A DNA stretch of 64,000 nucleotides from Candidatus Brocadiia bacterium (GCA_046538485.1 JBKHIT010000019.1:1-64000); one strand, 5' to 3'. Counted from the stretch's first letter, positions 8,448 through 19,028 are shown. Notes: generated by a model from the sequence alone, not told the origin. Numbers and translations are program-made.

Positions 8448-9848
8448 TCAGAAAGTGTCCGGTTCATCTGAGGGGCGGACGGCCTTCTTGATCAGCTTCG
8501 CGAACTCTTCTTCGGTCAGGATTTCTTTCTCCATCACTATCTCCCGGATCGTCCGATTGGTTTCGGCGGCTTCTTTGGCGACTTCGGCGGCGGCGTGGTA
8601 ACCAATGACCGGATTCAGAACGGTGGCGAGTCCGATTGTGCTGTGAAGGTGGCGGCGGCATTGTTCGGCGTTGGCCTGTATACCTTCCACGCATTTCTCG
8701 CGCAGCATCCGGCAACCATTGGTGAGGATCTGTATGGACCACAGGAGGTTATAGTTTATGATCGGCATCATCACGTTCAGTTCCATCTGCCCGGCCCCGG
8801 CCGCACGGGAAATGCAGGTGTCGTTACCGATGATCTGAAAACAGATCATGTTCATGCACTCGGAAACAACGGGATTGATCTTGCCGGGCATGATGGATGA
8901 GCCCGGTTGCACGGCGGGCAGGTCCAGCTCGCCCAGCCCCGTGGTGGGACCGCTGGAAAGCAGTCGGAGATCGTTCGAGATACGTCCCAATTCCGTGGCC
9001 GCCGTGCGAAGGGTGCCAGAAAACTCGACGAAGGGGGCCATGCTTTGCATTGCTTCGAACATGTTTTCAGCCGGGCAGAGATCGAGCCCCGTCTGTTCGC
9101 CCAGGAAGCTGATCGCGCGTTCGCGGTACCCGGGGACCGTATTGAGGCCGGTGCCGGCGGCGGTCCCGCCGAGCCCCAGCTTACGTAACCCGCTCGCTTT
9201 TGTCGCGAAGCTGTCGGAGAGGTGGGCGAGGGCGGCGGCATAACCGCTGAACTCCTGTCCGAGAGTTATCGGGACGGCGTCCTGCAGGTGGGTGCGGGCG
9301 GATTTCTTGACGGGGGCGAAGTCTTCGGCCTTTTCCTGGAAAGCATCGGACAGTGATTCAAGCTCCCCGGCCAACTCGGGTAGCAGCAAAAGGACCGCCA
9401 CCCGCATCGCCGTGGGGTAGGTATCGTTGGTCGATTGCCCCTTATTGACATCGTCGTTGGGGTGGATAGGGTCGTACTGACCGAGTTCTCCCCCCATAAT
9501 TTCGTTCGCACGATTGGCAATGATTTCGTTGACGTTCATGTGGTGGGAGGTGCCAGCGCCGGCCTGGAAGACATCGACGATGAACTGATCTTCGTGGTCG
9601 CCGGCTATAATTTCATCGGTGGCCTGGATAATGACATCGGCTTGATCGGGGGGCAGGGCTTCGAGTTCGCGGTGGGCCCGGGCGGCGGCTTTCTTAATTT
9701 CGGCGTAGGCCCGATTGAAAACAGAGGGTATGTGGAGTCCGCTGACGGGGAAATTCTGGGCGGCACGGCATGTTTGGATTCCGTAGTATGCTTCGGCGGG
9801 CACCTCGGCTTCACCGAGGAAGTCCTGTTCGCGTCTGAACTCTGACAT
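8448..9848 (-). CDS. aspA: Aspartate ammonia-lyase / class II fumarase family
   Basis: GSSIMPGKINP, GAGTS.HMN.NE, QSTND.YPT, RTHLQDAVP; start MSEFRREQDFLG at 9848. Confidence 0.8.
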   Translation of the reverse strand: MSEFRREQDFLGEAEVPAEAYYGIQTCRAAQNFPVSGLHIPSVFNRAYAEIKKAAARAHRELEALPPDQADVIIQATDEIIAGDHEDQFIVDVFQAGAGTSHHMNVNEIIANRANEIMGGELGQYDPIHPNDDVNKGQSTNDTYPTAMRVAVLLLLPELAGELESLSDAFQEKAEDFAPVKKSARTHLQDAVPITLGQEFSGYAAALAHLSDSFATKASGLRKLGLGGTAAGTGLNTVPGYRERAISFLGEQTGLDLCPAENMFEAMQSMAPFVEFSGTLRTAATELGRISNDLRLLSSGPTTGLGELDLPAVQPGSSIMPGKINPVVSECMNMICFQIIGNDTCISRAAGAGQMELNVMMPIINYNLLWSIQILTNGCRMLREKCVEGIQANAEQCRRHLHSTIGLATVLNPVIGYHAAAEVAKEAAETNRTIREIVMEKEILTEEEFAKLIKKAVRPSDEPDTF

Positions 9849-10049
9849 GGGATGCGCTCCGTCGAAATTAAAAAGACGTTTGATTAGAAAGCAGGCAGAT
9901 GTCATTCTAAACTGGCGATTGGGGTTATTCAACATCGTGCTGAATATGTGTTGTCATTGTTAGGAGAAGGGATACAGAAGGTTGACACCGGGGACATGCT
10001 GGTCTATAAAAGTGGACCGCAACGTATGATCGGAGTTAAGGAGCTGAAT

Positions 10050-11042
10050 GTGGAAGCATTGAGAGCTGGAGTGATAGGTTTGGGGATCGGCAAACGCCAC
10101 GCGATGGTTTTGGCGGAGATGGAGGAAGCGGAATTGGTGGCGATTGCTGATTTCAAGGAGGAACTGGCACATGAGCTTGGCGAGCAGCTAGATTGCACGT
10201 TTTACGAAGAGGGAAGTGAGCTGCTCGCAAACGAAGAGCTTGATTTCGTCTGTATATGCACACCGCCTGCAGTTCATCTGCCGTTGACCGAGGAAGCGGC
10301 GAAACAGGGCGTAAATGTTTTTTGCGAGAAGCCGATGGCGGGTCGATTGGAAGACTGCGACGGCATGATTGGGGCGTGCGAGGAGGCGGGGGTGCAATTA
10401 ATGGTGGGCCAGAAAAAACGTTTTCAGCCGGCGTTCACCTTCGTGAAACAAATGATCAATGAAGATTTTGGGGTATTGCGTTGGGCGACTTTGCGCTATG
10501 CGTGCGGCCGGGTTCCGATGGATTGGTTTTGGGAGGAAGGTAATGGCGGGGGGCCATTGGTCGAAAATAGTGTGCATGCCGTGGATACACTACGGTATTT
10601 GATGGGTGAAGTAGAGCGGGTGTATGCAGAGGGGGGCAATCTTTTCAATGAAGATCGCGCACCTCAGCTTGATACTGCGGCGGTAAGCCTGCGTTTTGAA
10701 GGCGGTGGAATTGCTGCAATTGGGTGCGGACAGGCTTACGAATGGGGGTTTGCGAGGGAGAACAGCTACTTTGCCCACGAGAATGCGCTGGTTGAGATAT
10801 CGGGTTCATTCGATAACCCGGAACACCTCCGCTACATCTTGAGGTCGGAACCGGATACGATGATCGAGGTGGATCGTCCGGAGAAAAATCTGTTTAATCT
10901 GGAATTGCGGCATTTCTGCGAATGTATTCGTTCGGGTGAGACGCCTCTGGTATCGGGAGAAGAAGCGCGAAAATCTGTAGCTGTTTGCCTGGCCATCAAG
11001 GAGTCCTCCCGGACAGGCAAACCAATCCCTTTGAGTGAGTAA
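10050..11042 (+). CDS. Gfo/Idh/MocA oxidoreductase
   Basis: GVIGLG.G, CEKP, GGG...ENSVH; probable GTG start after AAGGAG. Confidence 0.9.
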   Translation: MEALRAGVIGLGIGKRHAMVLAEMEEAELVAIADFKEELAHELGEQLDCTFYEEGSELLANEELDFVCICTPPAVHLPLTEEAAKQGVNVFCEKPMAGRLEDCDGMIGACEEAGVQLMVGQKKRFQPAFTFVKQMINEDFGVLRWATLRYACGRVPMDWFWEEGNGGGPLVENSVHAVDTLRYLMGEVERVYAEGGNLFNEDRAPQLDTAAVSLRFEGGGIAAIGCGQAYEWGFARENSYFAHENALVEISGSFDNPEHLRYILRSEPDTMIEVDRPEKNLFNLELRHFCECIRSGETPLVSGEEARKSVAVCLAIKESSRTGKPIPLSE

Positions 11043-11073
11043 TGACGCGTTTAAAATTGGGTTTTTGGCGGGG

Positions 11074-12189
11074 TCAGCGGGTCCCGGGATTTGGAGGCGT
11101 GCCCCCGCCGCCCATGTTGCCCATAGCTCCAGAAAACATTGCTTGCATAAGACCTTCAGCTTTAAGTTCATCGAGATTAGCCTGCAGGCTGAGAGCCAGA
11201 TCGCTTCCAACAGCATTTACCTGGAGGGAATCCATCATGTCTTTGATTGTTTTGAACGCTTGTTTCTGCGTATCATTTTGGGCGTTTTTGATCATTTGAG
11301 AGATAGCAGGAGCGGCCTGTTCAAGTTGAGTTTTGATCTGGTCAGCTGCTTCTCTGGCTTTGGTGGATTCCAGGAAGGTTACTTTTACCTCAACGTCCAT
11401 GTTTGAACCGGCGAGGTCAACGCGTCCGGCGGCTTGATCAATTCCTTGCGGCACTTTATTGACAGGGACTTTGCCGGACATGGTATTTTTCAGCGAGCGA
11501 ATTTCTGTAGCCGCGAAATGGATGGCAGAATTCTGATAAGGGGCGATGGTACTCTGGAGTTTGGAGGGCAGGCGTCCATCCCCTGCATCCTGACGCCTAA
11601 TGAGCGATTCCAGATCTTGAGGTGTGCTCGCGAACAGGATCAGGTCATCTCCTTTAAGTGCGACGAATTCGTCCTGTGCGAGACGGTGGGCATTCAATTC
11701 CTCGACGGCGGTTGTATTTTCAGCAGCATCACTTAATGCCTGTTCCAGGGCCTGCGCGTCCGCGGTGTGGGTCGAGAGTCCCGTTAGGACAGATTCTCCG
11801 CCGCCGGTGCCTGGTTGAGCAAAAATAACGGTTTCCCCGAGTTCTTCTGGTTCAATCGGGAGATTTTTCGTACCGGAAAGGGAAAATCCGGCGTTGCCTT
11901 GTTTAAAGATGCCCGTAGCATTTATCTTTTGCATATCCATAACAACGATACCAATAGCATCGCTGGGTGCGGCGGCGAACAAACGCTTACGAGAGGCTCC
12001 AGCTCCTTCAATGTCGTCGCCCGTGTCGAGCGGGGTTTCAATGTCTGGCTTGGGCTGCCAGGTTTTTTCTGTCGGTTGCTGTTTAAATTCATTGAGTTCT
12101 GTCAATGTTAGAATAAGCCCGACGATTACGAGCACACATGATGCTGACAGAACCCCTACCGTGAACCCGGTGCTTCTCATTTTTGCCAC
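11074..12189 (-). CDS. Membrane-anchored hypothetical protein
   Basis: 371 aa ORF, N-terminal TM helix. Confidence 0.7.
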   Translation of the reverse strand: MAKMRSTGFTVGVLSASCVLVIVGLILTLTELNEFKQQPTEKTWQPKPDIETPLDTGDDIEGAGASRKRLFAAAPSDAIGIVVMDMQKINATGIFKQGNAGFSLSGTKNLPIEPEELGETVIFAQPGTGGGESVLTGLSTHTADAQALEQALSDAAENTTAVEELNAHRLAQDEFVALKGDDLILFASTPQDLESLIRRQDAGDGRLPSKLQSTIAPYQNSAIHFAATEIRSLKNTMSGKVPVNKVPQGIDQAAGRVDLAGSNMDVEVKVTFLESTKAREAADQIKTQLEQAAPAISQMIKNAQNDTQKQAFKTIKDMMDSLQVNAVGSDLALSLQANLDELKAEGLMQAMFSGAMGNMGGGGTPPNPGTR

Positions 12190-12405
12190 CTTTCAGGAAA
12201 GGCGAGGAAAGTTTGAACTTCGATTATCCCATCCGTGCGGTATTTTAATAGCGGATGCTTCTCTATGCAAGCCGATTACAGAAGAAATTTTGGAATTTTA
12301 GGTGTGCTGAAATAAAGAGATGATTTCTTTGAATGTTCAGGGCGTTTGCCCGGACGGTGTATAAATTGATCGGTGCTGCGAAACTGTTAGTGAAAACGAG
12401 TTACC

Positions 12406-12435
12406 TTGACATCTGTCGGAGAGCTCACGTATAAT
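12406..12435 (+). promoter_or_regulatory. Consensus sigma70 promoter
   Basis: TTGACA, 18 bp, TATAAT. Confidence 0.7.
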
Positions 12436-12517
12436 CCCGCAATCTGGAAGCACGCGGGAAGTTTCGGAAAGTGCTGGGTTTTATAAACCTCGCTCAAATA
12501 TAGAAGGACAGGAGACT

Positions 12518-12757
12518 ATGGAAGGATCCAAGAAAGTGCGCGTTCTGGAAGGTCTGGGATACTGCGCTGCAATTGCAGTGGCTGCCACGAATCTTATGCC
12601 GGTACCAGGGATTTATACCGTTCTGGTTCTGACTGTTGGGATTATTATTCTGATCAGGTTGTTGGCTTCGCAAGCAGTTTCGATTGATGAAGAAGCCACA
12701 GGAGGGGAGGCCGACCGCAAATCTGAAGTTGCGCGTGAAGAAGAAGTAACGAAATAG
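12518..12757 (+). CDS. Small two-TM hypothetical protein
   Basis: AGGAG RBS, two hydrophobic segments, acidic tail. Confidence 0.6.
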   Translation: MEGSKKVRVLEGLGYCAAIAVAATNLMPVPGIYTVLVLTVGIIILIRLLASQAVSIDEEATGGEADRKSEVAREEEVTK

Positions 12758-12923
12758 CCTGAGCTTCTATACAGGAGTCTTGAAGTCCGGGGTTTTGGGG
12801 CGCGGCCGGTGGCACTTGGTTTCATGGGGTTCGTGGTTTTTATTGTTAAACGGACGGCTGAAGTGTATGTTGGCACAATGAGTTCGTCGAACTAAAAGCG
12901 CAAAATAAGAAGGAGGGCTTGCT

Positions 12924-14252
12924 ATGCTTGGTTGCACCTATGGACGGATGTTTCGAGTGACTGTTGGTGGTGGTTCGTACGAAGGCGGTTTGTCGGTCAA
13001 TATTCAAGGTGTGCCGCCCGGGCTGTACATAATGGAAGAGGAGATTTACAGCAATTTACTTCTCCGGAAGCCAGGCCAGGGCGAATTGGCTTCCCCGAGA
13101 CGAGAGATGGATATTCCGGTTATATACAGCGGGGTTAACCCGGCGGATACGATGCCTGATGCCGATAACAAGGGTTATACGAACGGGACGCCATTTGTCA
13201 TCTTAATCCCGAACGTAGATCGGCATTTTGAGCATATCAATGAATACCAGCGGACGAATCGAACCCCGCGTCCAGGCCATGCATCGTATGCAAGTTACCA
13301 GAAGTACGGAAAGTGGGATGATGCCATTGGGGCTGGGTTTTTCAGCGGACGCTACACGGCGACGCTGGTAGCCGCGGGGGCTATTGCCAAACGTGTCCTC
13401 CGAGAACACGGGATTGAGATTTGCGGATATGTGAAGGAGGCCGCGGGAGTCAGGGCCCCGGAGATGGGCCAGGAAGAGATTTTCAAACAGGTGGCTGCAT
13501 ATAAGGAAATGCGCCGTGAGTACGACCCGGTGCACACAATTGTGTATAAAGAAAAGCGGATCACTGAGGAAATGCGGTTCCTTGAAAAAATGAGTGTGCT
13601 GGCCGAGCTCGAGAAGGAAGTGCCGGAAATCAGCACCAGGGAGTTCAGTTCGGAGGAGGCCAGGGAGAAATACGGGGTCCATCCACGTTTGAATTGTCCC
13701 CATGTCGAGACGGCTGATGCTATGAACGAACGTATTATTGAAATACGTGATGAAGGGGATTCCAGCGGTGGTCTGGTGGAAGTTATTGTTGACGGCCTTC
13801 CGGCTGGGATGGGGGAGCCAGTTTTCGAGAAGCTGGAAGGCGAACTTGGTCGAATGATGAGTATTGGGTGTGTGAAAGCGGTCGAAAACGGCAGTGGTAT
13901 GGCCGTCAAGGACATGAAAGGTTCAGAATTTAACGATGAGATGCGGGTGGAAGATGATGAAGTTAAATTCCTTTCGAATAACGCCGGTGGTATAACCGGA
14001 GGACTCACAACCGGTGAGCCTGTGGTGGTGCGTCTGGCGGTGAAACCGACTCCCACAATCGGGAAGCCGCAACGAACCATCGATAAAGTTTCGCTGGAAA
14101 ACAAAAACCTGGAGGCCATTACCCGGCGTGACCCAACCGTTGTGGCCCGCGTCTGGCCTGTGGCCGAAGCTCTTACGGCGCTGATTATCCTCGATAAGTA
14201 CGTCCAGCATCTTGGGTACAGGGCACTGGCGAAATTTGACCTGCCAACGTAA
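12924..14252 (+). CDS. aroC: Chorismate synthase homolog (divergent)
   Basis: PRPGHA, GDSSGG, GMGEPVF.KL, SNNAGGI.GG, AVKPTPTI; GESHG replaced by GGSYE; internal insertion. Confidence 0.8.
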   Translation: MLGCTYGRMFRVTVGGGSYEGGLSVNIQGVPPGLYIMEEEIYSNLLLRKPGQGELASPRREMDIPVIYSGVNPADTMPDADNKGYTNGTPFVILIPNVDRHFEHINEYQRTNRTPRPGHASYASYQKYGKWDDAIGAGFFSGRYTATLVAAGAIAKRVLREHGIEICGYVKEAAGVRAPEMGQEEIFKQVAAYKEMRREYDPVHTIVYKEKRITEEMRFLEKMSVLAELEKEVPEISTREFSSEEAREKYGVHPRLNCPHVETADAMNERIIEIRDEGDSSGGLVEVIVDGLPAGMGEPVFEKLEGELGRMMSIGCVKAVENGSGMAVKDMKGSEFNDEMRVEDDEVKFLSNNAGGITGGLTTGEPVVVRLAVKPTPTIGKPQRTIDKVSLENKNLEAITRRDPTVVARVWPVAEALTALIILDKYVQHLGYRALAKFDLPT

Positions 14253-14283
14253 TTTTCTGTTGCCTGGCTGGTGGTCCGTTCCA

Positions 14284-14388
14284 CCAGCCGGGATTTTTGA
14301 CTGTGAAGGGTTATGAACGCTGTTCAACAAAGAGTCTACCCGGATTTGGCAAGAATGGCTTCCAATTATCCGTAAAATCCGGGTTGGA
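14284..14388 (+). repeat. Dispersed ~100 bp element, copy A
   Basis: CCAGCCGGGATTTT...GAAGGGTTATGAACGCTGTTCA...TCCAATTATCCGTAAAATCCGGGTTGG. Confidence 0.85.
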
Positions 14389-14474
14389 CGATTTGAAGAT
14401 TTTCTTGAGCAGGCGCACAGCAACTGGCAATGCTCGACGTGCGAAATTTTTAATGAGTGGGGTGCGGTGAAGAT

Positions 14475-15281
14475 ATGGAATTAATCGAACTTTCACTGGT
14501 GCAATGGCTTGCTGTCGGGGGGGCTGCTTTGCTGGTCGGCTTGACAAAAGCCGGATTTGGTGCAGGAGCCGGGATACTCGCTGTCCCGTTGATGGCGGTT
14601 GCTCTCGGGGGTTCAGAAGCGATGTTACCCGTTATGCTTCCAGTTTTGATATGCGGGGACATCTTCTCTATTATTCATTATCCCAACGAACGGAATGTAC
14701 GCAATCTCAAAATTCTCATCCCCGGAATGGTGATCGGAGTCGGTTTGGGATGGGGACTTCTTTTGTGGCTGAAACAACGAGTAGCAGAAGGCGGGACAGA
14801 GCATGCTTCTTTGAGCGGTTATCTCGATCCGATCGTCGGTGGAGTTTGCCTGATTTTTGTCGGCGTTCAGCTGTGGCGCTACTTTCGTGAGTGGCGTCTC
14901 ACGGAACGTGCAGAACCATATAAACCAGAAAACTGGCAGGGATGGGTCGTGGGAGGTGTCGCAGGTGCTACGTCAACACTTGCGCATGCTGCCGGGTCCT
15001 TGATCGCGCTCTTTCTGTTACCTCAGAAGCTGGACAAAAGGATATATGTAGGCACGGCCGTGACGTATTTCTTTTTCGGCAACCTGATAAAATTTGTGCC
15101 GTACGGGTTTCTGGGGATGTTTACCCTGAAAACATTGTTGACGAGCCTGGCTTTGTTTCCGGTGGTAGTCCTTGGCACGCTGATTGGGGTAGCTTTGAAC
15201 CGGCGGCTGAGCGGAAGGGTGTTCGTGTTGTTTATTTACTTTTGCACGCTGCTTATGGGGATTAAGCTGCTTATCGGTTAA
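14475..15281 (+). CDS. TauE/SafE-family membrane transporter
   Basis: VGLTKAGFGAGAG, S.LAHAAG, NLIKFVPY; multi-TM. Confidence 0.85.
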   Translation: MELIELSLVQWLAVGGAALLVGLTKAGFGAGAGILAVPLMAVALGGSEAMLPVMLPVLICGDIFSIIHYPNERNVRNLKILIPGMVIGVGLGWGLLLWLKQRVAEGGTEHASLSGYLDPIVGGVCLIFVGVQLWRYFREWRLTERAEPYKPENWQGWVVGGVAGATSTLAHAAGSLIALFLLPQKLDKRIYVGTAVTYFFFGNLIKFVPYGFLGMFTLKTLLTSLALFPVVVLGTLIGVALNRRLSGRVFVLFIYFCTLLMGIKLLIG

Positions 15282-15291
15282 ATGGGCCATT

Positions 15292-15672
15292 TCAATGGAA
15301 CGAACGCCCGGAAAATCGCTCGATCAGTTTGCACAGCTTTTCCCAATCTGGGGGATATTCTTCAGAACCCTGCCATTTGCGCAGAGTGCCATTCCACTCT
15401 AAGAGCACCATCCAGCTTCCGGGTTCCAGACTATTGCCCTTCCCGTAACGCTTTTCCCAGTCTTCGAGGCCAAGAGCCCCCACCTGTCCCAAAAATCGAT
15501 TTGCTTCCCGGGGCCCGCATTGTATTTGATCGGCAGAGGAGGTGTCAGCTCGTTCTGTGGCCGTTGTGAAAAATACCGCGAGATTTTCAGTAACGACCAG
15601 TTCGCGGCGAATGTTTTCGCTATCAGTGTAACTGGCCGCGAATATTATGTTGTCGTGTTGAGTGTGTTTCAT
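15292..15672 (-). CDS. Hypothetical protein
   Basis: ATGA overlap with upstream gene; W...Y, G..W, G...YP..W pattern. Confidence 0.6.
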   Translation of the reverse strand: MKHTQHDNIIFAASYTDSENIRRELVVTENLAVFFTTATERADTSSADQIQCGPREANRFLGQVGALGLEDWEKRYGKGNSLEPGSWMVLLEWNGTLRKWQGSEEYPPDWEKLCKLIERFSGRSFH

Positions 15673-16160
15673 GAATTGGAGGCCTCGGGCGTAGCGGCGT
15701 CGATACGATTGCGTAGAAAAGCGGCCAATACTTCGGGTTTGTCGGAGCCGATGTTAATCACGCGGAATCGAAAGAAACCATGTGGATCGCGAAGATGAAC
15801 CTGAACGCATTGTTTGCCGGCAATGTGCCACGTGACCGACTTTCCAGGCATACCATGTATACCCCACTTGCTGAGGATTCCCGGGTCATTGATTTCCACT
15901 GATTCCATTTCTTTGTATAAAACGCGTGTTCGGAAGAAACGGAGTGGTCCAAACGCGATCTCAACCCCATGATTATTGCCCCTGACGTGGAGATGCACGA
16001 AACCTCCTGCAAGGATGAAAAATAATGCAGCTGTGCCCAAAAGAACAATGTACTCAGCGCCAGCGGGTCCGCTGAGAAGGGCGGCGGCTGCGCAGCCTGC
16101 ACCGGTTAAACCAAGGAGATAATGCAGCCGTCCGTATTGTTTGTGGTCGTAGTTTTGCAT
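15669..16160 (-). CDS. Small membrane protein (two TM plus PH-like domain)
   Basis: Two TM helices, WGI, IGSD.PE.L. Confidence 0.7.
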   Translation of the reverse strand: MQNYDHKQYGRLHYLLGLTGAGCAAAALLSGPAGAEYIVLLGTAALFFILAGGFVHLHVRGNNHGVEIAFGPLRFFRTRVLYKEMESVEINDPGILSKWGIHGMPGKSVTWHIAGKQCVQVHLRDPHGFFRFRVINIGSDKPEVLAAFLRNRIDAATPEASNS

Positions 16161-16175
16161 CAGGAAACTAAAAAA

Positions 16176-16760
16176 TCAGTCTTCGGCTGCCCGAAGGACG
16201 GCCTGACTGACGGCTTCGGCAAGAATTGTATTACCGCGGTCATTCATATGAACGCCGTCTTCCGATAGAAGCGGCGATCTTCCGCTTGCCTGAACAACAT
16301 TGTAGAGGTCATTTACGCGGACGCCGTGGCTTTCAACGACTTTTAACGCTGCCTGGTTATAGCGAATGACGTCTTGCTGGTGGCGCTCGAAAGATTTTAC
16401 ACGCTGGTGGCGCTGATCGATGACGGGAGTGGTGGTTGCCCATATAAAAATGCCAGCGAAATCCTCGGTTAAAATATCGATGATTCCGTGAACATTGTGC
16501 ACATATTCTTCGAGGGGCACCTGGTAATCATTATCGACGATTCGCAGGTCATGCAGGCCACAATTAACGTGCGCGACGTCGGGATCTTTTTTTACCACCC
16601 ACTCACGGATATTATTCAGTACTCGACGACTATCACCACCGTTTTCCTCAGGCCCGAGTATGTTGATCTGCCCTTCCAGCTCGGAAGCCACGAGTGGCTG
16701 ATAAGCCATCCGGATAGAATCACCGACGAGAACCGCTTTTTTAAGGGATGGAGGGGCCAT
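16176..16760 (-). CDS. SGNH/GDSL hydrolase
   Basis: GDSI, NCGLHD, DGVH. Confidence 0.9.
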   Translation of the reverse strand: MAPPSLKKAVLVGDSIRMAYQPLVASELEGQINILGPEENGGDSRRVLNNIREWVVKKDPDVAHVNCGLHDLRIVDNDYQVPLEEYVHNVHGIIDILTEDFAGIFIWATTTPVIDQRHQRVKSFERHQQDVIRYNQAALKVVESHGVRVNDLYNVVQASGRSPLLSEDGVHMNDRGNTILAEAVSQAVLRAAED

Positions 16761-16773
16761 AAAAGTCTCGATT

Positions 16774-17346
16774 TCAGGTTTGAAGGAGAGGGAAATGCTC
16801 GACTGTCGTGTACACCGGGCCTTGTTGTGTCAGGTCGCTCTTTACAAGATCAAATTTTTCAACCTCCGTGGTGCCGAATGTGAGATCGGAAAGGAGTTCG
16901 GTAAGTTCTTCGACAGGCGGGCATTTTTTCCCTCTACGGGTTCGTGCGATAGTAACATGCGGCACAAAATTGCGTTTCTCGCGTTTAATCCCCAGAGCAC
17001 TCCCCAGATTGTGGTCGACTTTTTCTGCGAGTTTTTGCAAATGGGCAGAGTCTTCCTGAATACATGCGAAGAGCACACGGGGGCGATCGGGTTCAGGGAA
17101 CGCGGAGATCCCGTGCATTTCCATGCGGAATTGGGGGGCCTTAGCGGCCGTTTTTTGGAGAACGCGGGTTGCCTCCGGGATCGTGTTGTCTGGCACACTG
17201 CCGATGAACTTGAGAGTGAGATGCATGTTTTGTGGGGCGACCCACTTTAGCTCAGGCGCGCATTTTTTCATTGTTTCGACGGCCTGTGAAAGGTTTTGCC
17301 GAGATTGTTCACTGATGTCGATCGCGACAAAAAGGCGGACGCTCAT
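16774..17346 (-). CDS. thpR: RNA 2',3'-cyclic phosphodiesterase
   Basis: RLFVAI, two HxT motifs (HLTLKF, PHVTIAR). Confidence 0.92.
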   Translation of the reverse strand: MSVRLFVAIDISEQSRQNLSQAVETMKKCAPELKWVAPQNMHLTLKFIGSVPDNTIPEATRVLQKTAAKAPQFRMEMHGISAFPEPDRPRVLFACIQEDSAHLQKLAEKVDHNLGSALGIKREKRNFVPHVTIARTRRGKKCPPVEELTELLSDLTFGTTEVEKFDLVKSDLTQQGPVYTTVEHFPLLQT

Positions 17347-19028
17347 TGGTCAAGTCCTTCAAGGTTTTCGGGTATGTCAAGTTTTTCGAAAAGGATTTCG
17401 GGTTCGGCGAGCCCCCGCGACTCGGGCAATGGAGTCGTGGCTTTGTCCCATGTCAGTTCGTGCGGCGCGCAGCCCAGCATTTCATTGAGGCGGGCGGCAG
17501 CAAAAGGGAGAAAAGGTTCAACTGTTACTGTCAGCACCTTGATTGTATTCAGCAAGACATTAACGACGGTGCCGCAACGTTCCATATCCTCTTTTCGTAG
17601 AACCCAGGGCTCCTGGTGATCGAAATAACGGTTAGTTTGCTTGGCCGCCTTCATAAACTCTTCAAGAGCGGCCTTAAAACTGTATTCTTCGATTTGGTCC
17701 GCAATTGCATCCGGGAGGGCACGAATCATTTCCAGCTGTTCTGTGTCATCATCAGTAAGGTCGTCGCGTTCCGGAACGTGCCCATCGAAGTATTTGTGGG
17801 TGAAAGTCATCGTGCGATGCACAAGATTGCCAAAATTGGCCACGAGTTCTTCGTTATTGCGACTTATCAGGTCCTTGAATTGAAACGCTGTTCGCTGATC
17901 CTCAGGCGCAATCATTGTGAGGTAATAGCGGAGGGGGTCGGGGTCATATTCGCGAAGGTAATCCTCAATCCAGACGGCAGTGCCCCGGCTAGTCGACATT
18001 TTTTGCTCTTCTTCACCGGGGAACTGGATATTCAGGAAGCAGTTAGCCGGGACTTGATGAGGCAGCTGGAAATTGCCTTCGGCCATGAGCATGGCCGGCC
18101 ACATCAGCGCATGGAACACGACATTATCTTCGCCGATGAAATGTACGATACGCGTCTCCGGGTCTTCCCACCAGTCGCGGTAGTCTTCGGCGCTTCCTCC
18201 CTGTTGTTCACACCATTCGGCAGTAAAGGAGACATAGCCAATGGGGGCGTCAAACCAGACGTAGAGGACTTTACCTTCCGCATCGGGATCGTCTTCAAGT
18301 GGAACAGGGATGCCCCAATCGAGGTCTCTGGTGATGGCGCGGTCGGGCAGACCCGATTCGAGGAGACCGCGTGTGAAATTGCGAACCATGGGGCGCCAGT
18401 CATCTTTGGAAGTCAGCCATTCTTTTAAGGGTTGTTCGAATTTGGAGAGGCGGAAGAACCAGTGGACCGTTTCGCGGACTTCCGGCTCGGCGCCGGAAAT
18501 CACGCTATGCGCATCTTTGAGAAGTATAGGGTTAATCGGTTTGCCACATGCCTCGCACTGATCTCCCCGTGCGCCAGTCGCCCCGCAGTGGTGGCATATA
18601 CCTTCAACGTAGCGATCTGGCAAAAACATCTGTTCTTCAGGATCATAGAGTTGTTTTTGCGTGCGTTTTTCAAGGTAGCCATTCTCTTCGACAGTTTTGA
18701 AAAACTGCTGCGCGAAACGGGTATGTATTGGTTTGTTGGTACCACTGTAAATATCAAAGTCAATGCCGAGGCCATCGAAATCTGCTTTCTGAAGTGATCG
18801 GTAACGTTCATTGACCTCGTGTGGTTGTTTATCTTCTTTTCGGGCGGTGAGGGCAACGGGCACACCGTAATCGTCACTTCCGCAGATGAAAGCTACTTCG
18901 TCGCCGACACTACGGAGGTATCGAACGTAGATATCCGCCGGCAGATAACAGCCGGCAATATGCCCCACGTGCAGGCGTCCATTGGAGTAGGGCAAGGCTG
19001 CTGTGACAGTGAAACGTCGGTCGGCCAT
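17343..19028 (-). CDS. metG: Methionyl-tRNA synthetase (no C-terminal OB domain)
   Basis: ALPY.NG.LHVGH, Zn knuckle, YVWFDAPIGY, KMSTS. Confidence 0.97.
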   Translation of the reverse strand: MADRRFTVTAALPYSNGRLHVGHIAGCYLPADIYVRYLRSVGDEVAFICGSDDYGVPVALTARKEDKQPHEVNERYRSLQKADFDGLGIDFDIYSGTNKPIHTRFAQQFFKTVEENGYLEKRTQKQLYDPEEQMFLPDRYVEGICHHCGATGARGDQCEACGKPINPILLKDAHSVISGAEPEVRETVHWFFRLSKFEQPLKEWLTSKDDWRPMVRNFTRGLLESGLPDRAITRDLDWGIPVPLEDDPDAEGKVLYVWFDAPIGYVSFTAEWCEQQGGSAEDYRDWWEDPETRIVHFIGEDNVVFHALMWPAMLMAEGNFQLPHQVPANCFLNIQFPGEEEQKMSTSRGTAVWIEDYLREYDPDPLRYYLTMIAPEDQRTAFQFKDLISRNNEELVANFGNLVHRTMTFTHKYFDGHVPERDDLTDDDTEQLEMIRALPDAIADQIEEYSFKAALEEFMKAAKQTNRYFDHQEPWVLRKEDMERCGTVVNVLLNTIKVLTVTVEPFLPFAAARLNEMLGCAPHELTWDKATTPLPESRGLAEPEILFEKLDIPENLEGLDQ

